A DNA stretch of 64,000 nucleotides from Antedon mediterranea (Eukaryota; Animalia; Echinodermata). The notes beneath the pieces are model-generated. The model searched no databases. It was not told where the DNA came from and saw nothing but the letters and a program-made list of their open reading frames with translations. Position 1 is the stretch's first letter. Every line of letters begins with the position of its first letter. Shown here piece after piece: positions 14,201 to 27,775 of the stretch. The translations under genes and the position numbers were made by a program. The stretch spans positions 682,001 through 746,000 of the forward strand of contig NC_092673.1 of NCBI RefSeq assembly GCF_964355755.1, read 5' to 3'.

Positions 14201-17200
14201 ATGGTAAATTATGATAGAAAGCTACGTAGATAGCTAGATAGATCACTTTGTGGTCCGAAACGTATAACTTTAGACCAAATTCATATTCATTTTTGTTGAC
14301 ATTTATCACATTTTTAGAGGTGTTTAACAATCCATATTTTATTAATATTGACAATGTTTATATAATATATCAAATAAATTGCTAAAAAAAACCTAATTTT
14401 ATTTTCAATTATTACTTCGAAAACTTTGTTTCGTGCAACAAAGGGCGTAACTTGTTTACATCGTTCGCATGACTAAAAAATCATGACTTTCGACAATGTT
14501 TAGAAAATGTTTGCTTTATTGCATCTTTAGCCCTAGTAGTACTACCCCATAGTGTCTGTCTCTGAAAATAAAGTTTGGGGAAAAAAGCTTATTTTATGCT
14601 TATAAAACGCATATCAAAGCCGATGAATTTATATGTGCCGAATCGTCCCGGGGCTAAAAACTTCATTTTTGTACAATAGGTAAGAGTTCATAATTTGTGA
14701 TTTGTAATTTTAAAACATGATTAAATTTAATTTACATGTTTTTTGAAGCAAGTAGTTTTAAAAATTTCTTTTAAAATTCACCTGTATGTTTTTGGCGTTG
14801 CTGTTCTATTATTAGTCAACTGAAAATATTGTTAGTTGAAAGGCTGGTTACAAAACCATTACACCAAATTTGCATACACAAGGTTGTAGTGAAATTAGCC
14901 TAATCACACACAGCATTGAGACACAAAAATATATATGTATTTTGTTTCTCATGAAGGAGAATTTTACAGTAGGCGGAGGTATTGATGATAAAAGAAGAGA
15001 ATAAAATTGTGTAAATTGCGTAAACGTAAGGACATTGAAACATCGTCAAAACAGGGTGATGCTCACAGAGACCACAAGTACATGATACCAAGGGTAAGAA
15101 CCAATTTTGTCACTATATTTTTAATATTATCACATATTTCCATTTAAAAGGTTTGTGTATTTCATGTAATGTTTAATGTGGGACTGTTATTAGTTAAAAT
15201 ACACAATGTAATACGTAGTATTTGTGATGTGAAAACATTTTCATGTAATTCTTAGAAAATGTATCATGTTTAAATATTCTGTTGTTAATGTTAGGAACTA
15301 TGCCTTCCCCTGAAGTATATTTGTCCAGTTCCCAGAATGAAGATCTACACCTTTTCACCTGTGTGCTTTTGTCCTCTACAAATAAGATTCTGGTGGCTGA
15401 TGGACCACATGGATTAATGCCATAACATATATGTAAGTAGGCCTGGTTACGTAAGTAGTAGGCCAGGTTGCGTACGTAAGTAGCAGGCCAGGTTGCGTAC
15501 GTAAGTAGCAGGCCAGGTTGCGTGCGTAAGTGGCAGGCCAGGTTGCGTGCGTAAGTGGCAGGCCAGGTTATGCAAGTAGCAGGCCAGGTTCCGTGCGTAA
15601 GTAGCAGGCCAGGTTCCGTGCGTAAGTAGCAGGCCAGGTTGCGTAAGTAAGTGGCAGGCCAGGTTGCGTGCGTAAGTGGCAGGCCAGGTTGCGTGCGTAA
15701 GTGGCAGGCCAGGTTGCGTGCGTAAGTGGCAGGCCAGGTTGCGTGCGTAAGTGGCAGGCCAGGTTGCGTGCGTAAGTGGCAGGCCAGGTTGCGTGCGTAA
15801 GTGGCAGGCCAGGTTGCGTGCGTAAGTGGCAGGCCAGGTTGCGTGCGTAAGTGGCAGGCCAGGTTGCGTGCGTAAGTGGCAGGGCAGGTTGCGTGCGTAA
15901 GTGGCAGGGCAGGTTGCGTGCGTAAGTAGCAGGCCAGGTTGCGTGAGTAAGTAGCAGGCCAGGTTGCATGCGTAAGTAGCAGGCCAGGTTGCGTAAGTAA
16001 GTAGCAGGGCAGGTTGCGTGCGTAAGTAGCTGGCCAGGTTGCGTGCGTAAGTAGCAGGGCAGGTTGCGTGCGTAAGTAGCTGGCCAGGTTGCGTGCGTAA
16101 GTAGCAGGCCAGGTTGCGTGCGTAAGTAGCAGGCCAGGTTGCGTGCGTAAATAGCAGGCCAGGTTGCGTGCGTAAGTAGCAGGCCAGGTTGCGTAAGTAA
16201 GTAGAAGGCCAGGTTGCGTAAGTAAGTAGCAGGCCAGGTTGCGTAAGTAAGTAGTAGGCCAGTTTATGGTTTTTTTTTACCCTTCTTTTCAGTAATCAAA
16301 ACGTAGATACGGATGCTGTGATGCTTGCTAACGTCAAGACGATTGTGGGGAATGTGACTACTCCTTGGTTAGTAGATTGTTTTAGTATACTAGATTAAAG
16401 GCAAATTAAATCTATGTCATAAGGTGTCCACTTTATTTATATTTGCATGGTTCAGCAATACCCTAACAAACATCACATAATGTATGGCTACCTTTTTAGT
16501 TGAATATTAAATATAATTTTTTTAAATTATTATTGTGAATGCTTTATTCAGGATACGAAGAAATTTGGCGGACAAAACAGGATTAGCGAGAAATGCAGGT
16601 TAAAGCAATGTATTGGATTGCCTTTGGTAAGTTCTGTACTTAATTATGGAATATATTTTCTTCTTATTTAAAGACCATTTTCCTATAATTTGTGACAATT
16701 TGTAAAAATAATAAATATTTATAATACTTTAAAAACATTAAACCAAGTCATTCCTTGTCTTAAATAAACGTTTTATGGTAAATTATGATAGAAAGCTACA
16801 TAGATAGCTAGATAGATCACTTTGTGGTCCGAAACGTATAACTTTAGACCAAATTCATATTCATTTTTGTTGACATTTATCACATTTTTAGAGGTGTTTA
16901 ACAATCCATATTTTATTAATATTGACAATGTTTATATAATATATCAAATAAATTGCTAAAAAAACCTAATTTTATTTTCAATTATTACTTCGAAAACTTT
17001 GTTTCGTGCAACAAAGGGCGTAACTTGTTTACATCGTTCGCATGACTAAAAAATGATGACTTTCGACAATGTTTAGAAAATGTTTGCTTTATTGCATCTT
17101 TAGCCCTAGTAGTACTACCCCATAGTGTCTGTCTCTGAAAATAAAGTTTGGGGAAAAAAGCTTATTTTATGCTTATAAAACGCATATCAAAGCCGATGAA

Positions 17201-20200
17201 TTTATGTGTGCCGAATCGTCCCGGGGCTAAAAACTTCATTTTTGTACAATAGGCAAGAGTTTATAATTTGTGATTTGTAATTTTAAAACATGATTAAATT
17301 TAATTTAAATGTTTTTTGATGCAAGTAGTTTTAAAAATTTCTTTTAAAATTCACCTGTTTGTTTTTGGCGTTGCTGTTCTATTGTTAGTCAACTGAAAAT
17401 ATTGTTAGTTGAAAGGCTTGTTACAAAACCATTACACCAAATTTGCATACACATGGTTGTAGTGAAATTAGCCTAATCACACACAGCATTGAGACACAAA
17501 AATATATATGTATTTTGTTTCTCATGAAGGAGAATTTTACAGTAGGCGGAGGTATTGATGATAAAAGAAGAGAATAAAATTGTGTAAATTGCGTAAACGT
17601 AAGGACAGTGAAACATCGTCAAAACAGGGTGATGCTCACAGAGACCACAAGTACATGATACCAAGGGTAAGAACCAATTTTGTCACTATATTTTTAATAT
17701 TATCACATATTTCCATTTAAAAGGTTTGTGTATTTCATGTAATGTTTAATGTGGGACTGTTATTAGTTAAAATACACAATGTAATACGTAGTATTTGTGT
17801 TGTGAAAACATTTTCATGTAATTCTTAGAAAATGTATCATGTTTAAATATTCTGTTGTTAATGTTAGGAACTATGCCTTCCCCTGAAGTATATTTGTCCA
17901 GTTCCCAGAATGAAGATCTACACCTTTTCACCTGTGTGCTTTTGTCCTCTAAAAATAAGATTCTGGTGGCTGATGGACCACATGGATTAATGCCATAACA
18001 TATATGTAAGTAGGCCTGGTTACGTAAGTAGTAGGCCAGGTTGCGTACGTAAGTAGGCCAGGTTGCGTAAGTAGCAGGCCAGATTGCTTACGTAAGTAGT
18101 AGGCCAGGTTGCGTACTTAAGTAGTAGGTCAGGTTATGCAAGTAGCAGGCCAGGTTGCGTGCGTAAGTAGCAGGCCAGGTTGCGTGCGTAAGTAGCAGGC
18201 CAGGTTGCGTAAGTAAGTGGCAGGCCAGGTTGCGTAAGTAAGTGGCAGGCCAGGTTGCGTGCGTAAGTGGCAGGCCAGGTTGCGTGCGTAAGTGGCAGGC
18301 CAGGTTGCGTAAGTAAGTGGCAGGCCAGGTTGCGTAAGTAAGTGGCAGGCCAGGTTGCGTGCGTAAGTGGCAGGCCAGGTTGCGTGCGTAAGTGGCAGGC
18401 CAGGTTGCGTAATAAAAGTGGAAAGCCAGGTTGCGTAAGTAAGTAGCAGGCCAGGTTGCGTGCGTAAGTAGCAGGCCAGGTTGCGTGAGTAAGTAGCAGG
18501 CCAGGTTGCGTGCGTAAGTAGCAGGCCAGGTTGCGTGAGTAAGTGGCAGGCCAGGTTGCGTAAGTAAGTGGCAGGCCAGGTTTGGTAAGTAAGTGGAAAG
18601 CCAGGTTGCGTGCGTAAGTAGCAGGCCAGGTTGCGTGCGTAAGTGGCAGGCCAGGTTGCGTGCGTAAGTGGCAGGCCACGTTGCGTGCGTAAGTGGCAGG
18701 CCACGTTGCGTGCGTAAGTGGCAGGGCAGGTTGCGTGCGTAAGTGGCAGGGCAGGTTGCGTGCGTAAGTGGCAGGCCAGGTTGCGTGCGTAAGTGGCAGG
18801 CCAGGTTGCGTGCGTAAGTGGCAGGCCAGGTTGCCTAAGTAAGTGGCAGGCCAGGTTGCCTAAGTAAGTAGCAGGCCAGGTTGCCTAAGTAAGTAGCAGG
18901 CCAGGTTGCCTAAGTAAGTAGCAGGCCAGGTTGCGTGCGTAAGTAGCAGACCAGGTTGCGTGCGTAAGTAGCAGGCCAGGTTGCGTGCGTAAGTAGCAGG
19001 CCAGGTTGCGTAAGTAAGTAGAAGGCCAGGTTGCGTAAGTAAGTAGTAGGCCAGTTTATGTTTTTTTTTTACCCTTCTTTTCAGTAATCAAAACGTAGAT
19101 ACGGATGCTGTGATGCTTGCTAACGTCAAGACGATTGTGGGGAATGTGACTACTCCTTGGTTAGTAGATTGTTTTAGTAAACTAGATTAATGGCAAATTA
19201 AATCTATGTCATAAGGTGTCCACTTTATTTATATTTGCATAGTTCAGCAATACCCTAACAAACACCACATAATGTATGGCTACCTTTTTAGTTGAATATT
19301 AAATATAATTTGTTTAAATTATTATTGTGAATGCTTTATTCAGGATACGAAGAAATTTGGCGGACAAAACAGGATTAGCGAGAAATGCAGGTTAAAGCAA
19401 TGTATTGGATTGTCTTTGGTAAGTTCTGTACTTAATTAAGGAATTTATTTACTTCTTATCTAAAGACCATTTTCCTATAATTTGTGACAATTTGTAAAAA
19501 TAATAAATATATATAATACTTTAAAAACATTAAACCAAGTCATTCCTTGTCTTAAATATACGTTTTATGGTAAATTATGATAGAAAGCTACGTAGATAGC
19601 TAGATAGATCACTTTGTGGTCCGAAACGTATAACTTTAGACCAAATTCATATTCATTTTTGTTGACATTTATCACATTTTTAGAGGTGTTTAACAATCCA
19701 TATTTTATTAATATTGACAATGTTTATATAATATATCAAATAAATTGCTAAAAAAAAACTAATTTTATTTTCAATTATTACTTCGAAAACTTTGTTTCGT
19801 GCAACAAAGGGCGTAACTTGTTTACATCGTTCGCATGACTAAAAAATCATGACTTTCGACAATGTTTAGAAAATGTTTGCTTTATTGCATCTTTAGCCCT
19901 AGTAGTACTACCCCATAGTGTCTCTGAAAATAAAGTTTGGGGAAAAAAGCTTATTTTATGCTTATAAAACGCATATCAAAGCCGATGAATTTATGTGTGC
20001 CGAATCGTCCCGGGGCTAAAAACTTCATTTTTGTACAATAGGCAAGATTTTGTCACTATATTTTTAATATTATCACATATTTCCATTTAAAAGGTTTGTG
20101 TATTTCATGTAATGTTTAATGTGGGACTGTTATTAGTTAAAATACACAATGTAATACGTAGTATTTGTGTTGTGAAAACATTTTCATGTAATTCTTAGAA

Positions 20201-23200
20201 AATGTATCATGTTTAAATATTCTGTTGTTAATGTTAGGAACTATGCCTTCCCCTGAAGTATATTTGTCCAGTTCCCAGAATGAAGATCTACACCTTTTCA
20301 CCTGTGTGCTTTTGTCCTCTACAAATAAGATTCTGGTGGCTGATGGACCACATGGATTAATGCCATAACATATATGTAAGTAGGCCTGGTTACGTAAGTA
20401 GTAGGCCAGGTTGCGTACGTAAGTAGGCCAGGTTGCGTAAGTAGCAGGCCAGATTGCTTACGTAAGTAGTAGGCCAGGTTGCGTACTTAAGTAGCAGGCC
20501 AGGTTATGCAAGTAGCAGGCCAGGTTGCGTGCGTAAGTGGCAGGCCAGGTTGCGTGCGTAAGTGGCAGGCCAGGTTGCGTGCGTAAGTGGCAGGCCAGGT
20601 TGCGTGAGTAAGTGGCAGGCCAGGTTGCGTGCGTAAGTAGCAGGCCAGGTTGCGTGCGTAAGTAGCAGGCCAGGTTGCGTAAGTAAGTGGCAGGCCAGGT
20701 TGCGTGCGTAAGTGGCAGGCCAGGTTGCGTGCGTAAGTGGCAGGCCAGGTTGCGTGCGTAAGTGGCAGGCCAGGTTGCGTAAGTAAGTGGCAGGCCAGGT
20801 TGCGTAAGTAAGTGGCAGGCCAGGTTGCGTGCGTAAGTGGCAGGCCAGGTTGCGTGCGTAAGTGGCAGGCCAGGTTGCGTAATAAAAGTGGAAAGCCAGG
20901 TTGCGTAAGTAAGTAGCAGGCCAGGTTGCGTGCGTAAGTAGCAGGCCAGGTTGCGTGAGTAAGTAGCAGGCCAGGTTGCGTGCGTAAGTAGCAGGCCAGG
21001 TTGCGTGAGTAAGTGTCAGGCCAGGTTGCGTAAGTAAGTGGCAGGCCAGGTTTGGTAAGTAAGTGGAAAGCCAGGTTGCGTGCGTAAGTAGCAGGCCAGG
21101 TTGCGTGCGTAAGTGGCAGGCCAGGTTGCGTGCGTAAGTGGCAGGCCACGTTGCGTGCGTAAGTGGCAGGGCAGGTTGCGTGCGTAAGTGGCAGGCCAGG
21201 TTGCGTGCGTAAGTGGCAGGCCAGGTTGCGTGCGTAAGTGGCAGGCCAGGTTGCGTGCGTAAGTGGCAGGCCAGGTTGCGTGCGTAAGTGGCAGGCCAGG
21301 TTGCCTAAGTAAGTAGCAGGCCAGGTTGCCTAAGTAAGTAGCAGGCCAGGTTGCCTAAGTAAGTAGCAGGCCAGGTTGCGTGCGTAAGTAGCAGACCAGG
21401 TTGCGTGCGTAAGTAGCAGGCCAGGTTGCGTGCGTAAGTAGCAGGCCAGGTTGCGTAAGTAAGTAGAAGGCCAGGTTGCGTAAGTAAGTAGTAGGCCAGT
21501 TTATGTTTTTTTTTTACCCTTCTTTTCAGTAATCAAAACGTAGATACGGATGCTGTGATGCTTGCTAACGTCAAGACGATTGTGGGGAATGTGACTACTC
21601 CTTGGTTAGTAGATTGTTTTAGTAAACTAGATTAATGGCAAATTAAATCTATGTCATAAGGTGTCCACTTTATTTATATTTGCATAGTTCAGCAATACCC
21701 TAACAAACACCACATAATGTATGGCTACCTTTTTAGTTGAATATTAAATATAATTTGTTTAAATTATTATTGTGAATGCTTTATTCAGGATACGAAGAAA
21801 TTTGGCGGACAAAACAGGATTAGCGAGAAATGCAGGTTAAAGCAATGTATTGGATTGTCTTTGGTAAGTTCTGTACTTAATTAAGGAATTTATTTACTTC
21901 TTATCTAAAGACCATTTTCCTATAATTTGTGACAATTTGTAAAAATAATAAATATATATAATACTTTAAAAACATTAAACCAAGTCATTCCTTGTCTTAA
22001 ATATACGTTTTATGGTAAATTATGATAGAAAGCTACGTAGATAGCTAGATAGATCACTTTGTGGTCCGAAACGTATAACTTTAGACCAAATTCATATTCA
22101 TTTTTGTTGACATTTATCACATTTTTAGAGGTGTTTAACAATCCATATTTTATTAATATTGACAATGTTTATATAATATATCAAATAAATTGCTAAAAAA
22201 AAACTAATTTTATTTTCAATTATTACTTCGAAAACTTTGTTTCGTGCAACAAAGGGCGTAACTTGTTTACATCGTTCGCATGACTAAAAAATCATGACTT
22301 TCGACAATGTTTAGAAAATGTTTGCTTTATTGCATCTTTAGCCCTAGTAGTACTACCCCATAGTGTCTCTGAAAATAAAGTTTGGGGAAAAAAGCTTATT
22401 TTATGCTTATAAAACGCATATCAAAGCCGATGAATTTATGTGTGCCGAATCGTCCCGGGGCTAAAAACTTCATTTTTGTACAATAGGCAAGATTTTGTCA
22501 CTATATTTTTAATATTATCACATATTTCCATTTAAAAGGTTTGTGTATTTCATGTAATGTTTAATGTGGGACTGTTATTAGTTAAAATACACAATGTAAT
22601 ACGTAGTATTTGTGTTGTGAAAACATTTTCATGTAATTCTTAGAAAATGTATCATGTTTAAATATTCTGTTGTTAATGTTAGGAACTATGCCTTCCCCTG
22701 AAGTATATTTGTCCAGTTCCCAGAATGAAGATCTACACCTTTTCACCTGTGTGCTTTTGTCCTCTACAAATAAGATTCTGGTGGCTGATGGACCACATGG
22801 ATTAATGCCATAACATATATGTAAGTAGGCCTGGTTACGTAAGTAGTAGGCCAGGTTGCGTACGTAAGTAGGCCAGGTTGCGTAAGTAGCAGGCCAGATT
22901 GCTTACGTAAGTAGTAGGCCAGGTTGCGTACTTAAGTAGCAGGCCAGGTTATGCAAGTAGCAGGCCAGGTTGCGTGCGTAAGTGGCAGGCCAGGTTGCGT
23001 GCGTAAGTGGCAGGCCAGGTTGCGTGCGTAAGTGGCAGGGCAGGTTGCGTGCGTAAGTGGCAGGGCAGGTTGCGTGCGTAAGTGGCAGGCCAGGTTGCGT
23101 GAGTAAGTGGCAGGCCAGGTTGCGTGCGTAAGTGGCAGGGCAGGTTGCGTGCGTAAGTGGCAGGCCAGGTTGCGTGCGTAAGTGGCAGGCCAGGTTGCGT

Positions 23201-26200
23201 GCGTAAGTGGCAGGCCAGGTTGCGTAAGTAAGTGGAAAGCCAGGTTGCGTGCGTAAGTAGCAGGCCAGGTTGCGTGCGTAAGTAGCAGGCCAGGTTGCGT
23301 GAGTAAGTAGCAGGCCAGGTTGCGTGCGTAAGTAGCAGGCCAGGTTGCGTGAGTAAGTGGCAGGCCAGGTTGCGTAAGTAAGTGGCAGGCCAGGTTGCGT
23401 AAGTAAGTGGAAGGCCAGGTTGCGTGCGTAAGTAGCAGGCCAGGTTGCGTGCGTAAGTGGCAGGCCAGGTTGCGTGAGTAAGTGGCAGGCCAGGTTGCGT
23501 GCGTAAGTGGCAGGCCAGGTTGCGTGCGTAAGTGGCAGGCCAGGTTGCGTAATTAAGTGGCAGGCCAGGTTGCGTGCGTAAGTAGCAGGCCAGGTCGCGT
23601 GCGTAAGTAGCAGGCCAGGTCGCGTGCGTAAGTAGCAGGCCAGGTTGCGTGCGTAAGTAGCAGGCCAGGTTGCGTGAGTAAGTAGCAGGCCAGGTTGCCT
23701 GCGTAAGTAGCAGGCCAGGTTGCGTGCGTAAGTAGCAGGCCAGGTTGCGTAAGTAAGTACAGGCAGAAGGCCAGGTTGCGTAAGTAAGTAGTAGGCCAGT
23801 TTATGTTGTTTTTTTTATCCTTTTTTTCAGTAATCAAAACGTAGATACGGATGCTGTGATGCTTGCTAACGTCAAGACAATTGTGGCGAATGTGGCTACT
23901 CCTTGGTTAGTAGATTGTTTTAGTATACTAGATTAATGGCAAATTAAATCTATGTCATAAGGTGTCCACTTTATTTATATTTGCATGGTTCAGCAATACC
24001 CTAACAAACACCACATAATGTATGGCTACCTTTTTAGTTGAATATTAAATATAATTTGTTTAAATTATTATTGTGAATGCTTTATTCAGGATACGAAGAA
24101 ATTTGGCGGACAAAACAGGATTAGCGAGAAATGCAGGTTAAAGCAATGTATTGGATTGTCTTTGGTAAGTTCTGTACTTAATTAAGGAATTTATTTACTT
24201 CTTATCTAAAGACCATTTTCCTATAATTTGTGATAATTTGTAAAAATAATAAATATATATAATACTTTAAAAACATTAAACCAAGTCATTCCTTGTCTTA
24301 AATATACGTTTTATGGTAAATTATGATAGAAAGCTACGTAGATAGCTAGATAGATCACTTTGTGGTCCGAAACGTATAACTTTAGACCAAATTCATATTC
24401 ATTTTTGTTGACATTTATCACATTTTTAGAGGTGTTTAACAATCCATATTTTATTAATATTGACAATGTTTATATAATATATCAAATAAATTGCTAAAAA
24501 AAACCTAATTTTATTTTCAATTATTACTTCGAAAACTTTGTTTTGTGCAACAAAGGGCGTAACTTGTTTACATCGTTCGCATGACTAAAAAATGATGACT
24601 TTCGACAATGTTTAGAAAATGTTTGCTTTATTGCATCTTTAGCCCTAGTAGTACTACCCCATAGTGTCTCTGAAAATAAAGTTTGGGGAAAAAAGCTTAT
24701 TTTATGCTTATAAAACGCATATCAAAGCCGATGAATTTATGTGTGCCGAATCGTCCCGGGGCTAAAAACTTCATTTTTGTACAATAGGCATGAGTTTATA
24801 ATTTGTGATTTGTAATTTTAAAACATGATTAAATTTAATTTACATGTTTTTTGATGCAAGTACAGTAGTTTTAAAAATTTCTTTTAAAATTCACCTGTTT
24901 GTTTTTGGCGTTGCTGTTCTATTGTTAGTCAACTGAAAATATTGTTAGTTGAAAGGCTGGTTACAAAACCATTACACCAAATTTGCATACACATGGTTGT
25001 AGTGAAATTAGCCTAATCACACACAGCATTGAGACACAAAAATATATATGTATTTTGTTTCTCATGAAGGAGAATTTTACAGTAGGCGGAGGTATTGATG
25101 ATAAAAGAAGAGAATAAAATTGTGTAAATTGCGTAAACGTAAGGACAGTGAAACATCGTCAAAACAGGGTGATGCTCACAGAGACCACAAGTACATGATA
25201 CCAAGGGTAAGAACCAATTTTGTCACTATATTTTTAATATTATCACATATTTCCATTTAAAAGGTTTGTGTATTTCATGTAATGTTTAATGTGGGACTGT
25301 TATTAGTTAAAATACACAATGTAATACGTAGTATTTGTGTTGTGAAAACATTTTCATGTAATTCTTAGAAAATGTATCATGTTTAAATATTCTGTTGTTA
25401 ATGTTAGGAACTATGCCTTCCCCTGAAGTATATTTGTCCAGTTCCCAGAATGAAGATCTACACCTTTTCACCTGTGTGCTTTTGTCCTCTACAAATAAGA
25501 TTCTGGTGGCTGATGGACCACATGGATTAATGCCATAACATATATGTAAGTAGGCCTGGTTACGTAAGTAGTAGGCCAGGTTGCGTACGTAAGTAGCAGG
25601 CCAGGTTGCGTACGTAAGTAGCAGGCCAGGTTGCGTGCGTAAGTGGCAGGCCAGGTTGCGTGCGTAAGTGGCAGGCCAGGTTATGCAAGTAGCAGGCCAG
25701 GTTCCGTGCGTAAGTAGCAGGCCAGGTTCCGTGCGTAAGTAGCAGGCCAGGTTCCGTGCGTAAGTGGCAGGCCAGGTTGCGTGCGTAAGTGGCAGGCCAG
25801 GTTGCGTGCGTAAGTGGCAGGCCAGGTTGCGTGCGTAAGTGGCAGGCCAGGTTGCGTGCGTAAGTGGCAGGCCAGGTTGCGTGCGTAAGTGGCAGGCAAG
25901 GTTGCGTGCGTAAGTGGCAGGCCAGGTTGCGTGCGTAAGTGGCAGGCCAGGTTGCGTGCGTAAGTGGCAGGCCAGGTTGCGTGCGTAAGTGGCAGGCCAG
26001 GTTGCGTGCGTAAGTGGCAGGCCAGGTTGCGTGCGTAAGTGGCAGGGCAGGTTGCGTGCGTAAGTAGCAGGCCAGGTTGCGTGAGTAAGTAGCAGGCCAG
26101 GTTGCATGCGTAAGTAGCAGGCCAGGTTGCGTAAGTAAGTGGCAGGGCAGGTTGCGTGCGTAAGTAGCTGGCCAGGTTGCGTGCGTAAGTAGCAGGGCAG

Positions 26201-26406
26201 GTTGCGTGCGTAAGTAGCTGGCCAGGTTGCGTGCGTAAGTAGCAGGCCAGGTTGCGTGCGTAAGTAGCAGGCCAGGTTGCGTGCGTAAGTAGCAGGCCAG
26301 GTTGCGTGCGTAAGTAGCAGGCCAGGTTGCGTAAGTAAGTAGAAGGCCAGGTTGCGTAAGTAAGTAGTAGGCCAGTTTATGTTTTTTTTTTTACCCTTCT
26401 TTTCAG

Positions 26407-26740
26407 TAATCAAAACGTAGATACGGATGCTGTGATGCTTGCTAACGTCAAGACGATTGTGGGGAATGTGACTACTCCTTGGTTAGTAGATTGTTTTAGT
26501 ATACTAGATTAATGGCAAATTAAATCTATGTCATAAGGTGTCCACTTTATTTATATTTGCATAGTTCAGCAATACCCTAACAAACACCACATAATGTATG
26601 GCTACCTTTTTAGTTGAATATTAAATATAATTTGTTTAAATTATTATTGTGAATGCTTTATTCAGAATACGAAGAAATTTGGCGGACAAAACAGGATTAG
26701 CGAGAAATGCAGGTTAAAGCAATGTATTGGATTGTCTTTG
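26407..26740 (+). pseudogene. Last CXXC zinc-finger pseudo-exon pair of the array
   Basis: Same two 75-bp exons as 1875-2208 with the same stop and Cys>Ser lesion; exon B starts at 26666. Confidence 0.8.
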
Positions 26741-27249
26741 GTAAGTTCTGTACTTAATTAAGGAATTTATTTACTTCTTATCTAAAGACCATTTTCCTAT
26801 AATTTGTGACAATTTGTAAAAATAATAAATATATATAATACTTTAAAAACATTAAACCAAGTCATTCCTTGTCTTAAATAAACGTTTTATGGTAAATTAT
26901 GATAGAAAGCTACATATATAGCTAGATAGATCACTTTGTGGTCCGAAACATATAACTTTAGACCAAATTCATATTCATTTTTGTTCGACATTTATCACAT
27001 TTTTAGAGGTGTTTAACAATCCATATTTTATTAATATTGACAATGTTTATATAATATATCAAATAAATTGCTAAAAAAAAAATAATTTTATTTTCAATTA
27101 TTACTTCGAAAACTTTGTTTCATGCAACAAAGGGCGTAACTTGTTTACATCGTTCGCATGACTAAAAAATTATGACTTTCGACAATGTTTAGAAAATGTT
27201 TGCTTTATTGCATCTTTAGCCCTAGTAGTACTACCCCATAGTGTCTGTA

Positions 27250-27400
27250 CAGTACACCATAACTTGGCTTCTATTCTATTTTTAGTATTTTGTTTTTATA
27301 TCATTACCATCGATAATGTAATGCAGTACACCATAACTTGGCTTCTATTCTATTTTTAGTATTTTTGTTTTTATATCATTACCATCGATAATGTAATGCA
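27250..27400. repeat. ~75-bp direct tandem duplication at the array/host junction
   Basis: CAGTACACCATAACTTGGCTTCTATTC...CGATAATGTAATG occurs twice head-to-tail; a single-copy homolog lies at ~61,733-61,812 in intron 1 of the right paralog. Confidence 0.9.
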
Positions 27401-27517
27401 TAACACAGATATGTGTTACATCTGCATATATATCTTGTCTTGTAAAATAATAATGTGAATAGATAGGCCAAACAATACCAACATCATTCTATAAAGTAAA
27501 GATCTAAATTTACTTAC

Positions 27518-27535
27518 TTTTTCTGGAGTAGCCAT
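27518..27535 (-). CDS. First coding exon (MATPEK) of a third macrodomain-DTX3L-like paralog; remaining exons not in the window
   Basis: ATGGCTACTCCAGAAAAA|gtaagta is identical to exon 1 at 41589-41606 and 62742-62759; 5'UTR and upstream sequence are also homologous. Confidence 0.75.
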
Positions 27536-27677
27536 TGATACAAACTAACAACCACCTTCGATATGAGTTCAGTAGGACAACAGTTAGCTCTCTCTTAAGG
27601 ACATAATATTCAAAATAATTGTATTTATAAAAATTACAGTAATGACGCTATTTTGTCAATACTTAACTTAGAAATTT

Positions 27678-27775
27678 GGAAATTCCAAAATTCCCAAGCT
27701 ATGATTGGCTACTCAACATTGTTAATGAATAATCAATTCTGAATCAAATGAGACGCATTATTTTAATGATGTCAT
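27678..27775 (-). promoter_or_regulatory. Putative promoter module of the third paralog (degenerate kB site, CCAAT box, CRE-like)
   Basis: GGAAATTCCA at 27678, ATTGG at ~27704, TGATGTCA at ~27767; aligns with the modules at 45749-45860 and 62897-63023. Confidence 0.5.

Larger units (their letters stand above)
1..27248 (+). repeat. Composite tandem macro-repeat, 11 units (~2.2-3.3 kb; last truncated), continuing beyond the left edge
   Basis: Anchor CCATTTAAAAGGTTTGTG recurs at 1, 3292, 6058, 8429, 10604, 12971, 15140, 17713, 20083, 22528, 25253. Each unit is near-identical AT-rich sequence plus a variable-length 25-bp minisatellite. The array ends abruptly at ~27,248. Confidence 0.97.

Noticed and set aside
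295-26375. CRISPR-like array
   Set aside because: Repeats are contiguous with no unique spacers, there are no cas genes and the context is eukaryotic.
308-26413. Many minus-strand ORFs of ATWPATYARNLACHLRTQPGLPLTH repeats (up to 368 aa)
   Set aside because: The stop-poor 25-bp repeat gives the same peptide in all three frames; no independent coding signal.
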